IMG/VR virus record: IMGVR_UViG_3300032240_001400
Span: 1-57,084 of that record
Direction: 5' to 3' (one strand)
From: a virus
Taxonomy: Duplodnaviria; Caudoviricetes
Length of the DNA stretch: 57,084 bases
In this document: positions 35,572 to 45,887 of the stretch, one piece after another
Numbering within the stretch: position 1 is the first letter of the stretch
Layout: the number at the start of each line of letters is the position of its first letter
Made by a program: the position numbers and the translations under genes
The notes under the pieces: model-generated
Told to the model about the DNA's origin: nothing
Database searches by the model: none
What the model saw: the letters and a program-made list of their open reading frames with translations, nothing else

Positions 35572-37163
35572 TGAGTGAAAATGTAAATATAAAAGAAAGG
35601 ATAAAAGAAGAGTTTATAAAGTGTGCCACCGATCCAGTATACTTTATGAAGAAATACTATATGATTCAGCATCCTCAAAGAGGAAGGCAGTTCTTCAATC
35701 TCTATCCATTTCAGGAAAAGGTTTTAAAACTATTTCAAAAGCATGATTATTCAATCATAAATAAGTCAAGGCAGCTTGGAATATCAACATTAGTATCTGC
35801 TTATTCTTTATGGCTAATGCTTTTTAACAAGGATAAAAACGTTCTTGTTATTGCAACAAAACAAGATACTGCCAAGAACATGGTAACTAAAGTTAGGTTT
35901 GCATATCAAAACTTACCTACTTGGTTAAAGATTGGAACATCTGAAGATAACAGACTAAGTCTTAGATTATCAAACGGATCTCAAATAAAAGCAGTTTCTG
36001 CGGCTGGTGATGCTGGTCGTTCTGAAGCCGTATCGCTACTAGTAATAGATGAAGCTGCATTCATTGATCGTATTGAAGAAATATTTACTGCGGCTCAACA
36101 AACATTGGCCACAGGTGGTGGTTGTATATCTTTATCTACTCCTAATGGTGTAGGTAACTGGTTTCATAAAACTTATTTAGCCGCCCAGAATCAAGAAAAT
36201 AGATTCTTACCAATATCACTTCCATGGACGGTTCATCCGGAACGAAATCAAACCTGGCGAGATGAGCAGGATAGGACACTAGGTAAAAGAAATGCAGCTC
36301 AAGAGTGCGATTGTGACTTTGCCACCTCAGGAAATACGGTTATAGATCCTGAAATACTAAATTGGTATGAACAGAATATGGTCTGTGAGCCAATAGAAAG
36401 GCGTGGTTTGGACAAATCATTGTGGATATGGGAATATGCGGATCCTACAAAATACTATGCCATAATTGGCGACGTAGCGCGTGGTGATGGTAATGACTAC
36501 TCTGCATTTCATGTTATTGATATAGAATCATTAACCCAAGTAGCAGAATATAAATCACAAGTAGATACTAGAGATTATGCTAACATTCTTTTAAGTGTGG
36601 CATCTGAATATAATAACGGACTTCTTGTAGTTGAAAATGCAAATATAGGTTGGGATGTTATTCAGACCATTATTGAGAGAGGGTACACAAACATACATTA
36701 TAGTTATAAACAAGATCAAGGAGCTGATTTTTCTAGATATATAGATAAGTTTAATACACAATCAGGATTAGTTCCTGGTTTTAGTATGACTGAAAAGACA
36801 AGACCTTCTGCACTAGAAAAAATGAGAGATTTTATTGAGAATAAAATTGTAAATTTCAAATCAGTTAGACTTCTTGAAGAATTGAGGGTATTTATATGGA
36901 AGAATGGTAGGGCTCAAGCAATGCAAAGTTATAATGATGATCTTGTTATGTCTTTTGCTATAGGCATGTATCTTAGAGAGACTAGCCTTAGATTTAGAAA
37001 GACAGCAGAGAGTCTTACTTATGCAGCATTAAATAGCTTTACTAGAACTCAAGATGATAGTCCGGCTTATAATAGTAATAGTAATTATAATCAAAATCCA
37101 TGGGCAATGAATATACAAACTCCTAATGGAGAAGATATTCAAGACATAACATGGTTAATATAA
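35571..37163 (+). CDS. terL: terminase large subunit (T4 gp17-like)
   Basis: LYPFQ, KSRQLGIST, LVIDEAAF, STPNG, QECDCDF, GDVARG..NDYSA, NDDLVMS. Confidence 0.97.
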   Translation: MSENVNIKERIKEEFIKCATDPVYFMKKYYMIQHPQRGRQFFNLYPFQEKVLKLFQKHDYSIINKSRQLGISTLVSAYSLWLMLFNKDKNVLVIATKQDTAKNMVTKVRFAYQNLPTWLKIGTSEDNRLSLRLSNGSQIKAVSAAGDAGRSEAVSLLVIDEAAFIDRIEEIFTAAQQTLATGGGCISLSTPNGVGNWFHKTYLAAQNQENRFLPISLPWTVHPERNQTWRDEQDRTLGKRNAAQECDCDFATSGNTVIDPEILNWYEQNMVCEPIERRGLDKSLWIWEYADPTKYYAIIGDVARGDGNDYSAFHVIDIESLTQVAEYKSQVDTRDYANILLSVASEYNNGLLVVENANIGWDVIQTIIERGYTNIHYSYKQDQGADFSRYIDKFNTQSGLVPGFSMTEKTRPSALEKMRDFIENKIVNFKSVRLLEELRVFIWKNGRAQAMQSYNDDLVMSFAIGMYLRETSLRFRKTAESLTYAALNSFTRTQDDSPAYNSNSNYNQNPWAMNIQTPNGEDIQDITWLI

Positions 37164-37170
37164 AATAAAA

Positions 37171-39084
37171 ATGGCAGAACAACAACCACAAAAGCAAAAT
37201 AATTTATTCTCAACCTTGAGAAGATTATTCTCTACCGATGTTATTATTCGTAACGAAGGTGGAGACATGATTAAAGTTATTGACACAGATACTATTCAAA
37301 GGTCTGGTGTTATTCAAACTAACTCTCTTGTTGATAGATTCAACAAAGTATATACAACTTCAACTGCGTATGGAGTTAATCTTAACTTAGCACAAAACTA
37401 CCAATCAGCAAGGGTTCAAATTTATGCAGACTATGACGCAATGGATACAGATGCTATCTGTTGCTCAGCTTTGGATATTGTAGCTGATGAATGCACACTT
37501 AAAAATGAACAAGGTGAAGTTTTACAAATTAGATCTTCTGATGAAAACATCCAGAAATTACTCTACAATCTTTTTTATTCTGTACTTAATATTGAATTTA
37601 ATCTTTGGTCTTGGGTTCGTAATATGTGTAAGTATGGGGACTTCTATCTTAAATTGGAGATAGCAGAAAAGTACGGTGTATATAATGTAATACCATTTTC
37701 AGCATATAATATTATTCGTGAAGAAGGATTTAATCATGAAAACCCTCAAGAGGTTAGATTTAAATATGATCCTAATGCTACTTTAGCTTCGTCTACTGGA
37801 TATAGCGCTCAAAAAAATACGGATACAGGTATCTGGTTTGATAATTTTGAAATGGCTCACTTTAGGCTTACTGGTGATGTTAACTACTTACCTTATGGTA
37901 GATCTTATCTTGAACCTGCTCGTAAGTTATTTAAGCAATATACATTGATTGAAGATGCGATGTTAATTCATCGTATTGTTAGGGCTCCTGAAAGAAGGAT
38001 ATTCTATGTAAACGTAGGAGCAATTCCTCCTGGTGAAGTAGATAACTACATGCAAAAGATGATCAATAAGATGAAAAAGACTCCTCTTATAGATCCAAAT
38101 ACAGGAAATTATAACCTCAAATACAATCAGCAAAACCTTTTAGAAGACTTTTTTATTCCTATTAGAGGAAATGATACTTCTACAAAGATAGATACAGCCA
38201 AAGGTCTTGATTATAATGGTATTGAAGACGTTGCTTATTTTAGAGAGAAGCTTTTCGCAGCTCTTAAGATACCTAAGGCTTTCATGGGATATGAAAAAGA
38301 CTTGACAGGTAAAGCAACGCTTGCCGCAGAAGATATACGTTTTGCAAGAACTATTGAAAGACTTCAAAGGATCATTATCAGTGAACTTACTAAAATAGGA
38401 TTAGTACATTTATATGCACACGGATACACAAATGAATCTGCTGCAAACTTTACTTTGTCTCTTACTAATCCTTCAATCATCTACGACCAAGAAAGGATAG
38501 CTTTATTCAAAGAGAAAATTGATCTTGCTAAACAAGCAATGGAAGGATCTCTACTTCCAAGAGACTTCATCTATGATAAAGTATTCCACTTCTCAGAAGA
38601 TCAATATGCTGAGTTAGAAGACATGATTGTTGAAGATAAAAAGAGAGACTTTAGATACCGTCAAATACAAGAAGAAGGAAACGATCCAGCAGAATCAGGA
38701 CAAGCATACGGAACACCTCACCAGATAGCTAGTCTTTATGGTGGAAAAGAAGATTCTTTATTAAATGTTCCTTATGGATATGATGAGAATAAGCCAGGAC
38801 GCCCTAAAACAGTAACTTCTATAATTGGTACTGACAATTCTAGGTTTGGTAGAGATAGACTTGGAAATAAAGAGTTGACAGATACTAATAGAGAAGAAGA
38901 AGATTCTTTAAGACCTAATTATAAAGGAGGATCTCCATTGGCTTTAGAAAATACAATGGGAGAGTTTTTGAAAAATCAAAAGTCTTTGAGTAAGATGAAA
39001 ACTAAATTTAGTTCTAGAAAGGTAAATCTATTTGAAGAATCAGATCTTTTAAGTGAAGATAATATAATAGATGGTTTAGACTAA
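37171..39084 (+). CDS. portal protein (T4 gp20-like)
   Basis: YGRSYLEPARK...LIEDAMLIHRIVRAPERRIFYVNVG; LEDFFIPIR; YFREKLFAALKIP. Confidence 0.97.
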   Translation: MAEQQPQKQNNLFSTLRRLFSTDVIIRNEGGDMIKVIDTDTIQRSGVIQTNSLVDRFNKVYTTSTAYGVNLNLAQNYQSARVQIYADYDAMDTDAICCSALDIVADECTLKNEQGEVLQIRSSDENIQKLLYNLFYSVLNIEFNLWSWVRNMCKYGDFYLKLEIAEKYGVYNVIPFSAYNIIREEGFNHENPQEVRFKYDPNATLASSTGYSAQKNTDTGIWFDNFEMAHFRLTGDVNYLPYGRSYLEPARKLFKQYTLIEDAMLIHRIVRAPERRIFYVNVGAIPPGEVDNYMQKMINKMKKTPLIDPNTGNYNLKYNQQNLLEDFFIPIRGNDTSTKIDTAKGLDYNGIEDVAYFREKLFAALKIPKAFMGYEKDLTGKATLAAEDIRFARTIERLQRIIISELTKIGLVHLYAHGYTNESAANFTLSLTNPSIIYDQERIALFKEKIDLAKQAMEGSLLPRDFIYDKVFHFSEDQYAELEDMIVEDKKRDFRYRQIQEEGNDPAESGQAYGTPHQIASLYGGKEDSLLNVPYGYDENKPGRPKTVTSIIGTDNSRFGRDRLGNKELTDTNREEEDSLRPNYKGGSPLALENTMGEFLKNQKSLSKMKTKFSSRKVNLFEESDLLSEDNIIDGLD

Positions 39085-39091
39085 TATATAG

Positions 39092-39099
39092 ATATTTAT
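39092..39099 (+). promoter_or_regulatory. putative late promoter ATATTTAT
   Basis: Upstream of the ATG at 39124. Confidence 0.65.
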
Positions 39100-39123
39100 T
39101 ACTAGTGGACTTGTAAATAAACT

Positions 39124-39975
39124 ATGGCAATAAAACATTCAAAATATCGCAATACCGGTATTTTATTCGAACTTTTAGTTAGGCAGACTAGTTCAGACCT
39201 TTTGAATAATCAAGACTCAAAAGCAGTCAAGATATTGAAAAAGTACTTCTTGAATACTGAGCTAGGAAAAGAGTACGGTCTATACAGTACTTTTGTAACT
39301 AGCCCAAAACTGTCTGAATCTAAAGCAGAAATTCTTATTTCTACTATTGTTGAGCAGTATAAAAAGTTAGATTATCAAAAGATAAGCAAGCTTAAATACA
39401 ATTTGATTAAAGAGATCAAATCTAATTATGATATAGATAATTTCTTTAAAGCTAAGATTGATAACTATAAGCCTTTTGCTTCAATATACACTATATTTGA
39501 ATCATACAATAGTAGTTCTTCAGATACAAAACAGTTGATTAGTAATAAAATTAATTTACTTGAGCATATAACTAAGATGTCTTTGGATGATGTAAAAGCT
39601 CCAAAGTCTTTAGTTGAAGAGTTCATGAAAGAAGATAAAGAGATTAGACTTTTAGCCTATAATTTATTGGTAGAGAAGTTTAATGAAAAGTACCAAGACA
39701 TGTCTGAGAAACAAAAGAATGTATTAAAAGAGTACATAACTAATGTTTCTGATACTAAAAATCTAAAAGAGTATCTTAATAATCAATTAGATGAAATCAG
39801 ACTAGAGCTAACCAAATTAAAAGAATCGCATAAAGATCAGGTTGTTAAAATTAAATTAGAAGAGGTTCTTAAGTTTGTTACTCCTATAAAGGAAAACCAA
39901 ACTATAAAGGATGAAACCGTTACAGGAATTCTTCAGTATCTAGATTTAATTGATGAGCTTAAAAAGTCAAATTAA
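39124..39975 (+). CDS. head-cluster helical protein, prohead core candidate
   Basis: KHSKYRNTGILFELLVRQ; lies between portal and protease. Confidence 0.7.
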   Translation: MAIKHSKYRNTGILFELLVRQTSSDLLNNQDSKAVKILKKYFLNTELGKEYGLYSTFVTSPKLSESKAEILISTIVEQYKKLDYQKISKLKYNLIKEIKSNYDIDNFFKAKIDNYKPFASIYTIFESYNSSSSDTKQLISNKINLLEHITKMSLDDVKAPKSLVEEFMKEDKEIRLLAYNLLVEKFNEKYQDMSEKQKNVLKEYITNVSDTKNLKEYLNNQLDEIRLELTKLKESHKDQVVKIKLEEVLKFVTPIKENQTIKDETVTGILQYLDLIDELKKSN

Positions 39976-40547
39976 TGTCTAAATTTAATAATCAATTCTC
40001 TACTCAGAAACTCCGTCAAGAAACAACTATGACTAGTGGAGGAGCTACTTTTACTTCTGGAACTGGTGAACAAACAGGGCCTATAGCAACAAAGAAAGTT
40101 GTAAAAAAGTCACTTAAACCAGAAGTTAAAGATAAAGAACCTAAATACGCAGCAGGCAAAGCTAAAAATTATCTTAAAGATAAGTGGGGTTGGAAAGATG
40201 CACCATCAATACCTAATCGTCCATCAAAAGGTGGTTTTATTTATAAGCAATTATTCGAAGAGCTAAGTGAGTTTGTAAAAGAAATGGATGAATTAAATGA
40301 AAACTACTCTAAGTTTAAAAATCAAACTAAAACTAGAGGTAAATCTGATCAATTCCATCAAGCAGTTCGTGAAGTAAGAAAGAAAGTACAAGAAATTAAT
40401 CGCCTATTTGAATATGTAAGCCGACTTAAAGAAGAGTTATCTGAAGGTGAAGGTGGACTTAAATATAAAACTCATACAGAAAAAGCCCTTGGTAAAATCA
40501 AGGAAATGGTTATGCAACTAAATCAAAACATTAAAAGGTTTAAATAG
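39975..40547 (+). CDS. head-cluster protein with (L/I)xE sites
   Basis: TAATG coupling; C-terminal coiled coil. Confidence 0.7.
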   Translation: MSKFNNQFSTQKLRQETTMTSGGATFTSGTGEQTGPIATKKVVKKSLKPEVKDKEPKYAAGKAKNYLKDKWGWKDAPSIPNRPSKGGFIYKQLFEELSEFVKEMDELNENYSKFKNQTKTRGKSDQFHQAVREVRKKVQEINRLFEYVSRLKEELSEGEGGLKYKTHTEKALGKIKEMVMQLNQNIKRFK

Positions 40548-40549
40548 TC

Positions 40550-40678
40550 ATGGCAAAAACTAAAGGTGCAGGTTTAACTACAAAAGTTACTTTCGGTAAA
40601 AAGAAAAAAGGAGTTGCGAAAAAATCATTTAACAAACACGATAGATCAGAAAAAAACTATCGTGGACAAGGAAGATAA
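40550..40678 (+). CDS. 42-aa basic protein ending YRGQGR (not in ORF track)
   Basis: MAKTKGAGLTTKVTFGKKKKGVAKKSFNKHDRSEKNYRGQGR fills the intergenic gap. Confidence 0.75.
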   Translation: MAKTKGAGLTTKVTFGKKKKGVAKKSFNKHDRSEKNYRGQGR

Positions 40679-40686
40679 ATATTTAT
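40679..40686 (+). promoter_or_regulatory. putative late promoter ATATTTAT
   Basis: 4 nt upstream of the ATG at 40691. Confidence 0.65.
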
Positions 40687-40690
40687 TGGT

Positions 40691-41875
40691 ATGACAACAG
40701 CTAAACTATATCAGAAACACAAGGCAGGAGAAGTAAGCCGTGACCGCTTTTTATACGAAGTTAGACGTGATTCTAATCTTCCTTGGGTAACCAACATTAC
40801 ATCTTATACAGATGCTGTAAAGATACTTAAGAACAAAGGAATAATCAGCGAAGCAGATAATAATATTAAAGCTATTCCAGAAGTAGATAGGGTAAATCCA
40901 TACTTCTTAAAAAGAGGAGTAAATAAGCTTCTTGACAAAGAAGAAGAATTAGACAATCAATCTTATATTAAAGCTTTGAATAAAGCAGCTAAACAACTAT
41001 CTAAAAATCCTAAAGCATTTGACAAAGATATGTTTGCTGATGCTGAAGATGTAGAAAAAGAAGATAAAAAACTTGATCGTCAAGAAGTTAAAAAGAACAA
41101 CTTTGTCGATAAGAATAACGGGATGAAGAAAGTTAAAGTTAAATCTTTAAAAGAGGCGGTTTTAAAAGAACTTACTGATTCTTTAAAAAAAAAAGAGTCA
41201 ATTAACGAAGACTCACACTGGAACTATAATCTAGGTTCAGAAGTACACACTCCACAAGGCCCAGGTAAAGTAAAAGAAATTATAGGAAGTACTCTTACAG
41301 TAGAAATGCCAGATGGTAGTTTAGCAGACTATCAAATTAACACTATTGATCATCATACAGAAAAGGCTAATTCAAATACAGTTGATGAAGTGGATATGCC
41401 GTTTGCAAATGCTGCTTTGAAGCCTGAATATAAAATGAATAAAGACGGTCAAAGAGCAATTAGTCCTTCTGGTATAGAATTTAAAGTCGGTGATAAAGCC
41501 ATTGCTACAGATACAGGTGAAGAAATTCAAATCAAGAATTTTAAAATACAACAAGGAATAATTAGGGCAGGTTATTTTGATGGCATGGGTTATAACTATG
41601 TTGATATTGATGCTCTTGAAAAACCTAAATCTACTAATCCATGGGATAGTTTTAAAGGTAAAATGATTCCTGAAACTATTAAAAAGTTTATGGAAAAATA
41701 TAAGGATGATGACAAAAAGATGAGAGGGTTAAAAGAGGTTGTAAAAAGATTAAAAGAAGCAACTAAGTTTCATGCAGGAGGAGAAGTTATTTTTACAAAA
41801 GATTCTGATGCTATGGGATATGAAGCAGATTTAAAAAGAGCAGGTGTAAAATATACAAAAGAAAAAGTACAATAA
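40691..41875 (+). CDS. modular head-cluster protein with two SH3/KOW-like segments
   Basis: LGSEVHTPQGPGKVKEI and FKVGDKAI; ISEA, LKEA and INED boundaries. Confidence 0.7.
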   Translation: MTTAKLYQKHKAGEVSRDRFLYEVRRDSNLPWVTNITSYTDAVKILKNKGIISEADNNIKAIPEVDRVNPYFLKRGVNKLLDKEEELDNQSYIKALNKAAKQLSKNPKAFDKDMFADAEDVEKEDKKLDRQEVKKNNFVDKNNGMKKVKVKSLKEAVLKELTDSLKKKESINEDSHWNYNLGSEVHTPQGPGKVKEIIGSTLTVEMPDGSLADYQINTIDHHTEKANSNTVDEVDMPFANAALKPEYKMNKDGQRAISPSGIEFKVGDKAIATDTGEEIQIKNFKIQQGIIRAGYFDGMGYNYVDIDALEKPKSTNPWDSFKGKMIPETIKKFMEKYKDDDKKMRGLKEVVKRLKEATKFHAGGEVIFTKDSDAMGYEADLKRAGVKYTKEKVQ

Positions 41876-42501
41876 TGTCTAAACAACTCTTAATAGAATA
41901 TCAGGCTTTCCAACCTCTTCCTCAATCTTTAAAAGAAGGAAGAAGACTTCCAAATGGAAATATGGTAGTGTCAGGTTTAGTGCAAGCTACTGATAAACCT
42001 AATGCTAATAAAAGAATCTATCCATATGTTACTTTATTTGCACAAGTACAAAATTATATAGCTGGACCTATTTCTGAAAATAGAGCGTTAGGAGAATTAG
42101 ATCATCCTGAATCTTCTGTTATTAATCTTAAGAACGTTAGTCATAATATAGTTAAGCTTTGGTGGGAAGGAAAAGATCTTTATGGAGATGTTGAAATACT
42201 ACCAACTCCATCAGGAAATATATTAAGGCAGTTATTTGAAAATAAAATCACTGTTGGTATTTCATCTAGAGCAATGGGTTCTGTTAGTCCTATAGGTGAA
42301 GGTCTTGTTCAAGTTGAAGATGATCTAGAACTTATTTGTTGGGACTTTGTTTCTACTCCATCTACTTATGGTGCGTATATGAGGCCTATAGGAGGATTGA
42401 ATGAGTCAATTGATTATAGTGTACCAAAAAATGTTAGTAAAGTTAACCAACTCATATCTGAGATCATATGCTCCCAGTCAGGAGTTTGTTGCATAAACTA
42501 A
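41875..42501 (+). CDS. prohead protease (T4 gp21-like)
   Basis: NANKRIYP, ALGELDHP, VSH, LPTPSG, GISSRAMGS, DFVSTPS. Confidence 0.96.
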   Translation: MSKQLLIEYQAFQPLPQSLKEGRRLPNGNMVVSGLVQATDKPNANKRIYPYVTLFAQVQNYIAGPISENRALGELDHPESSVINLKNVSHNIVKLWWEGKDLYGDVEILPTPSGNILRQLFENKITVGISSRAMGSVSPIGEGLVQVEDDLELICWDFVSTPSTYGAYMRPIGGLNESIDYSVPKNVSKVNQLISEIICSQSGVCCIN

Positions 42502-42507
42502 ATAAAA

Positions 42508-42834
42508 ATGAAACAAAAGATAGAAGAAATAAAAAGATTTAAAGAATTGGCTGGAATTGTATCAGAAGATGAACATAATTTCCTACCAGATCCTGATTCA
42601 ATTGACGATATTCCTTCTGTTAAATTAGATATTGACGATCAAGGATTAATGAAGATACAATTAAGTGCTTTTTATCATGGTCCTGAAAATGGTAAAATAC
42701 CTCTATTAAAAGACAATCCAGTTTTACAAGAGTTAGTTATGAAAGCGATTCAAGAAGAATCACAAAAAGCATTTAGAAGAGCTGTTCATGGAGTTTTAGG
42801 AATTCCATACGGTCTTCCTGAAAGTAGTAAATAA
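42508..42834 (+). CDS. small head protein with an RFKELAGI leader
   Basis: Motif resembles the scaffold C-terminus RWQKLAGI. Confidence 0.7.
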   Translation: MKQKIEEIKRFKELAGIVSEDEHNFLPDPDSIDDIPSVKLDIDDQGLMKIQLSAFYHGPENGKIPLLKDNPVLQELVMKAIQEESQKAFRRAVHGVLGIPYGLPESSK

Positions 42835-42875
42835 AAATAAGTCTAAGTTTATATATTTTTTTACTATAAAGTTAG

Positions 42876-42958
42876 ATATTTATTGCAGAATGTGCTACTT
42901 CTAATATAGCACTATATACACAAAATATTATATTGCTTCAACTACTTTAATAAGCAAT
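42876..42958 (+). promoter_or_regulatory. putative late promoter (42876-42883) and two-hairpin leader
   Basis: ATATTTAT; GTGCTA/TAGCAC (42892-42912); ATTGCTT/AAGCAAT (42932-42958). Confidence 0.6.
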
Positions 42959-42981
42959 CCCAGAAAAAACTTTATTGAAAA

Positions 42982-44172
42982 ATGAGTAATCTTTATCAAG
43001 ATGCGCTCATCGATGCTAAAGCTTTAAGATCAACTGCCCTAGCTAATGCAAAAGCTGCATTACAAGAAGCTTTCGAACCAAAGATCCAAGAGATGCTAAG
43101 GTTGAAACTTTCTGAAAACCTAGAAGAAGATTCACTTGAAGAAGAAGTAACAGATGATGCAATCACACAAGGACAAGATGCTGTAGATAATGCAGACATC
43201 AATGAAGCTGAGTTGGAAGAAATTCTAGCTGAACTTGAAGAACTTTCTAGCCAAGAAGAAGGCTATGAATTTGAAGAAGACGTGGATCAAACTTTATCTG
43301 AAGCTAAAGAAGATGAAGAAGAAGCTGATGAAGAATCAGAAGAAGAAGTAGATGACGATGTTGAAGACTATGAAGATGCAGAAGAACACAATGTTGATGA
43401 TGACACAAAAGTAATTGATATTACTATTGGTGATCTGAAAGAAGTACTTCGCTCTGTAATGGGAGGTCAACAAGACATGGAAATGTCTTCTGATGAAGAA
43501 CCAACTGATTCTGACATTACTTTAGATGAAATTCTAGCTGAACTTGAAGAAGAATATGACATGGAAGAAGGAGCAGAAGAATTAGGACGCTATAATGCTG
43601 CACTAGTTCAGTCTTCTGATACCCAAGCTGATGCTCAAGGATTTCGTGGAAGAAAAATCTTTGAAAAAAGTAAAGGCGCGTATAGTCAAAAAGTTAGTGC
43701 TAAAGGAGAAAAAGTTGATGCTAGAAATGGCGGAGACGAAAATGATACTCCGTACACTAAAAAAGGTCTTAAGGCAACAGCTGACCAAGTAGACGATGCA
43801 TACTCTAAAAAAGTAGGCAAAGTTCACGAAGAGTTAAATGAAGCTAAAGATACTATCGAAAGTCTTCGTCAAGATCTTCAAGAAGTAAACTTACTTAATG
43901 CTAAGTATCTTTACATGAATAAGTTATTTAAGTCTAAGAATTTGAATGAGTCTCAAAAAGTTAAAGTTGTTAAAGCTCTTGATCGTGCTACTAACGTAGT
44001 TGAGGTTAAGAATACCTACGAAACTTTAAAAGAATCATTTGAAGCTAAGACGCAACTCAAAGAATCATATGGTTTCGCTTCACAAGCAGCCGGTATAGCT
44101 CCTAAACAACCTATTATCGAGTCGGATAATATTATGTCAAGGTGGCAAAAACTTGCTGGTATAAAAAAATAA
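42982..44172 (+). CDS. prohead scaffold protein (T4 gp22-like)
   Basis: Very acidic coiled coil with many LxE sites, directly upstream of the major capsid gene. Confidence 0.85.
   Translation: MSNLYQDALIDAKALRSTALANAKAALQEAFEPKIQEMLRLKLSENLEEDSLEEEVTDDAITQGQDAVDNADINEAELEEILAELEELSSQEEGYEFEEDVDQTLSEAKEDEEEADEESEEEVDDDVEDYEDAEEHNVDDDTKVIDITIGDLKEVLRSVMGGQQDMEMSSDEEPTDSDITLDEILAELEEEYDMEEGAEELGRYNAALVQSSDTQADAQGFRGRKIFEKSKGAYSQKVSAKGEKVDARNGGDENDTPYTKKGLKATADQVDDAYSKKVGKVHEELNEAKDTIESLRQDLQEVNLLNAKYLYMNKLFKSKNLNESQKVKVVKALDRATNVVEVKNTYETLKESFEAKTQLKESYGFASQAAGIAPKQPIIESDNIMSRWQKLAGIKK
43219..43551 (+). repeat. 24-bp direct repeat GAAATTCTAGCTGAACTTGAAGAA (43219-43242, 43528-43551)
   Basis: Exact copies, both encoding EILAELEE. 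Confidence 0.85.
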
Positions 44173-44194
44173 AAAAAATTAAAAAATAAAAAAA

Positions 44195-45865
44195 ATGGCA
44201 AATTTAGTACAATCTTTATTGACTGAATCCGCTAAAACGGCTTTCTCTGATCAACATGGTGTTGCTCAGCGTCTTGCTAATAAGTGGGGTAAGTCTGGCC
44301 TTTTGGAAGGCCTTCAAGATTACGACGCAAATAACATGTCGGTAATTCTTGAGAACCAAGCTAAACAGCTTGTAGTTGAATCTTCTTCTACTAATGGTAA
44401 TGCTAACTCTGGTGGTGCAACCTTTACTCCTGGTACTGGTGAGCAGTGGGCTGGTGTAGCTCTTCCATTGGTTCGTAAGATCTTTGGTCAAATCGCATCT
44501 AAAGAGTTTGTTAGTGTACAGCCGATGAATCTTCCTGCTGGTTTGGTGTTCTATTTGGATTTCCAATATGGTAATACAAAAGCTCCATTCACTTCTGGTG
44601 ATTCTATCTATGGTACTCCAACAGCTAACTTTGGTAATGCCGCGGCTGGTGGTCTTTATGGAGCTGGTCGTTTTGGTTTCTCTTTGAACCAATTCTCAGC
44701 TTCTATCTTAGGTAATGCAACAGGATTTCTTTCATCTTCTGCAACATGGTATGATTTAGATTATGATGCAAACTATTCTGCTTCTGTAATTGCTAACCAA
44801 ATTGGTAAATTGCAAATCCCAACTTCATCATTGCCTTCTTACAATCCTGATGGTGTTCGTGCATTTACAATTGCTACAGGTTCTACATTTGTAGCTTCTG
44901 ATAACTTGCAACAATTTACTAACGTATCTTCAAGTGTAGCTGGTGTTTTTGTTAACTTCTTTGTTAATAAAGGATTCTCAGGTAGTGCATCATCACTATA
45001 TGTAATCAACTATAATAAGCTTACAGACTTTAACACACGTGGTGATTTTGAAGATCGCACAGGTAACCCTTCAGTTCCAAACAGTCTTTCTAATACTTCT
45101 ATCGTTATCCCTGAGATCAACGTACAAATGAAGAGCCAAACCATTTCTGCTAAAACTCGTAAGTTGAAAGCACAATGGACTCCAGAATTTGCACAAGATC
45201 TTAACGCCTACCACTCTCTTGACGCTGAAGCTGAATTGACAGGTCTACTTTCTGAGCACATCTCTTTGGAGATTGATTTGGAAGTTCTTGACATGTTGAT
45301 CAGCAACGCTCCAACTATTGAGTACTGGTCAGCTAAAGTTGGTCAGCAAATCGGCGTAACTCCTACTTCTGGATTTACTTCTAACACTGCTGGTGTTTAT
45401 TACACTCAAATGAGTTGGTTCCAAACTTTGGGTATCAAACTTCAAAAAGTATCTAACATCATTCATCAAAGAACTCTCCGTGGTGGTGCAAACTTCATGG
45501 TAGTTTCTCCAACTGTAGCTACTATCTTGGAATCAATCCCAGGATTTGCTGCTGATACTGATGGTGCAGCTGATACAATGAAGTATGCTTTTGGTGTACA
45601 AAAAATTGGCCAATTGAATAGCCGTTATAAAGTTTATAAGAATCCTTACATGACTGAGAACGCAATACTTCTTGGTTTCCGTGGTAATCAGTTCTTAGAG
45701 TGCGGTGCGGTTTATTCTCCATACGTTCCATTGATCATGACTCCACTTGTGTACGATCCAAATACCTTCACTCCAAGAAAAGGTATCATGACTCGTTACG
45801 CAATGACTATGGTACGTCCTGAATTTTATGGTTTGGTATTGGTAGCTGATACTAACGTTATCTAA
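44195..45865 (+). CDS. major capsid protein (T4 gp23-like)
   Basis: LENQ, PLVRK, VSVQPMNLPAGLVFYL, KTRKLKAQWTPEFAQDL, YSPYVPL, FTPRKGIMTRY. Confidence 0.98.
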   Translation: MANLVQSLLTESAKTAFSDQHGVAQRLANKWGKSGLLEGLQDYDANNMSVILENQAKQLVVESSSTNGNANSGGATFTPGTGEQWAGVALPLVRKIFGQIASKEFVSVQPMNLPAGLVFYLDFQYGNTKAPFTSGDSIYGTPTANFGNAAAGGLYGAGRFGFSLNQFSASILGNATGFLSSSATWYDLDYDANYSASVIANQIGKLQIPTSSLPSYNPDGVRAFTIATGSTFVASDNLQQFTNVSSSVAGVFVNFFVNKGFSGSASSLYVINYNKLTDFNTRGDFEDRTGNPSVPNSLSNTSIVIPEINVQMKSQTISAKTRKLKAQWTPEFAQDLNAYHSLDAEAELTGLLSEHISLEIDLEVLDMLISNAPTIEYWSAKVGQQIGVTPTSGFTSNTAGVYYTQMSWFQTLGIKLQKVSNIIHQRTLRGGANFMVVSPTVATILESIPGFAADTDGAADTMKYAFGVQKIGQLNSRYKVYKNPYMTENAILLGFRGNQFLECGAVYSPYVPLIMTPLVYDPNTFTPRKGIMTRYAMTMVRPEFYGLVLVADTNVI

Positions 45866-45887
45866 TCTAATAAATTAGATTCATAAT

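Noticed and set aside
44161-44194. Poly-A frameshift or slippage site between scaffold and capsid genes
   Set aside because: The scaffold stop is clean, and an A-rich initiation region explains the sequence.
35571-45865. Introns or inteins in terminase, portal or capsid genes
   Set aside because: ORFs are continuous and of ordinary size, with no intein or homing motifs.
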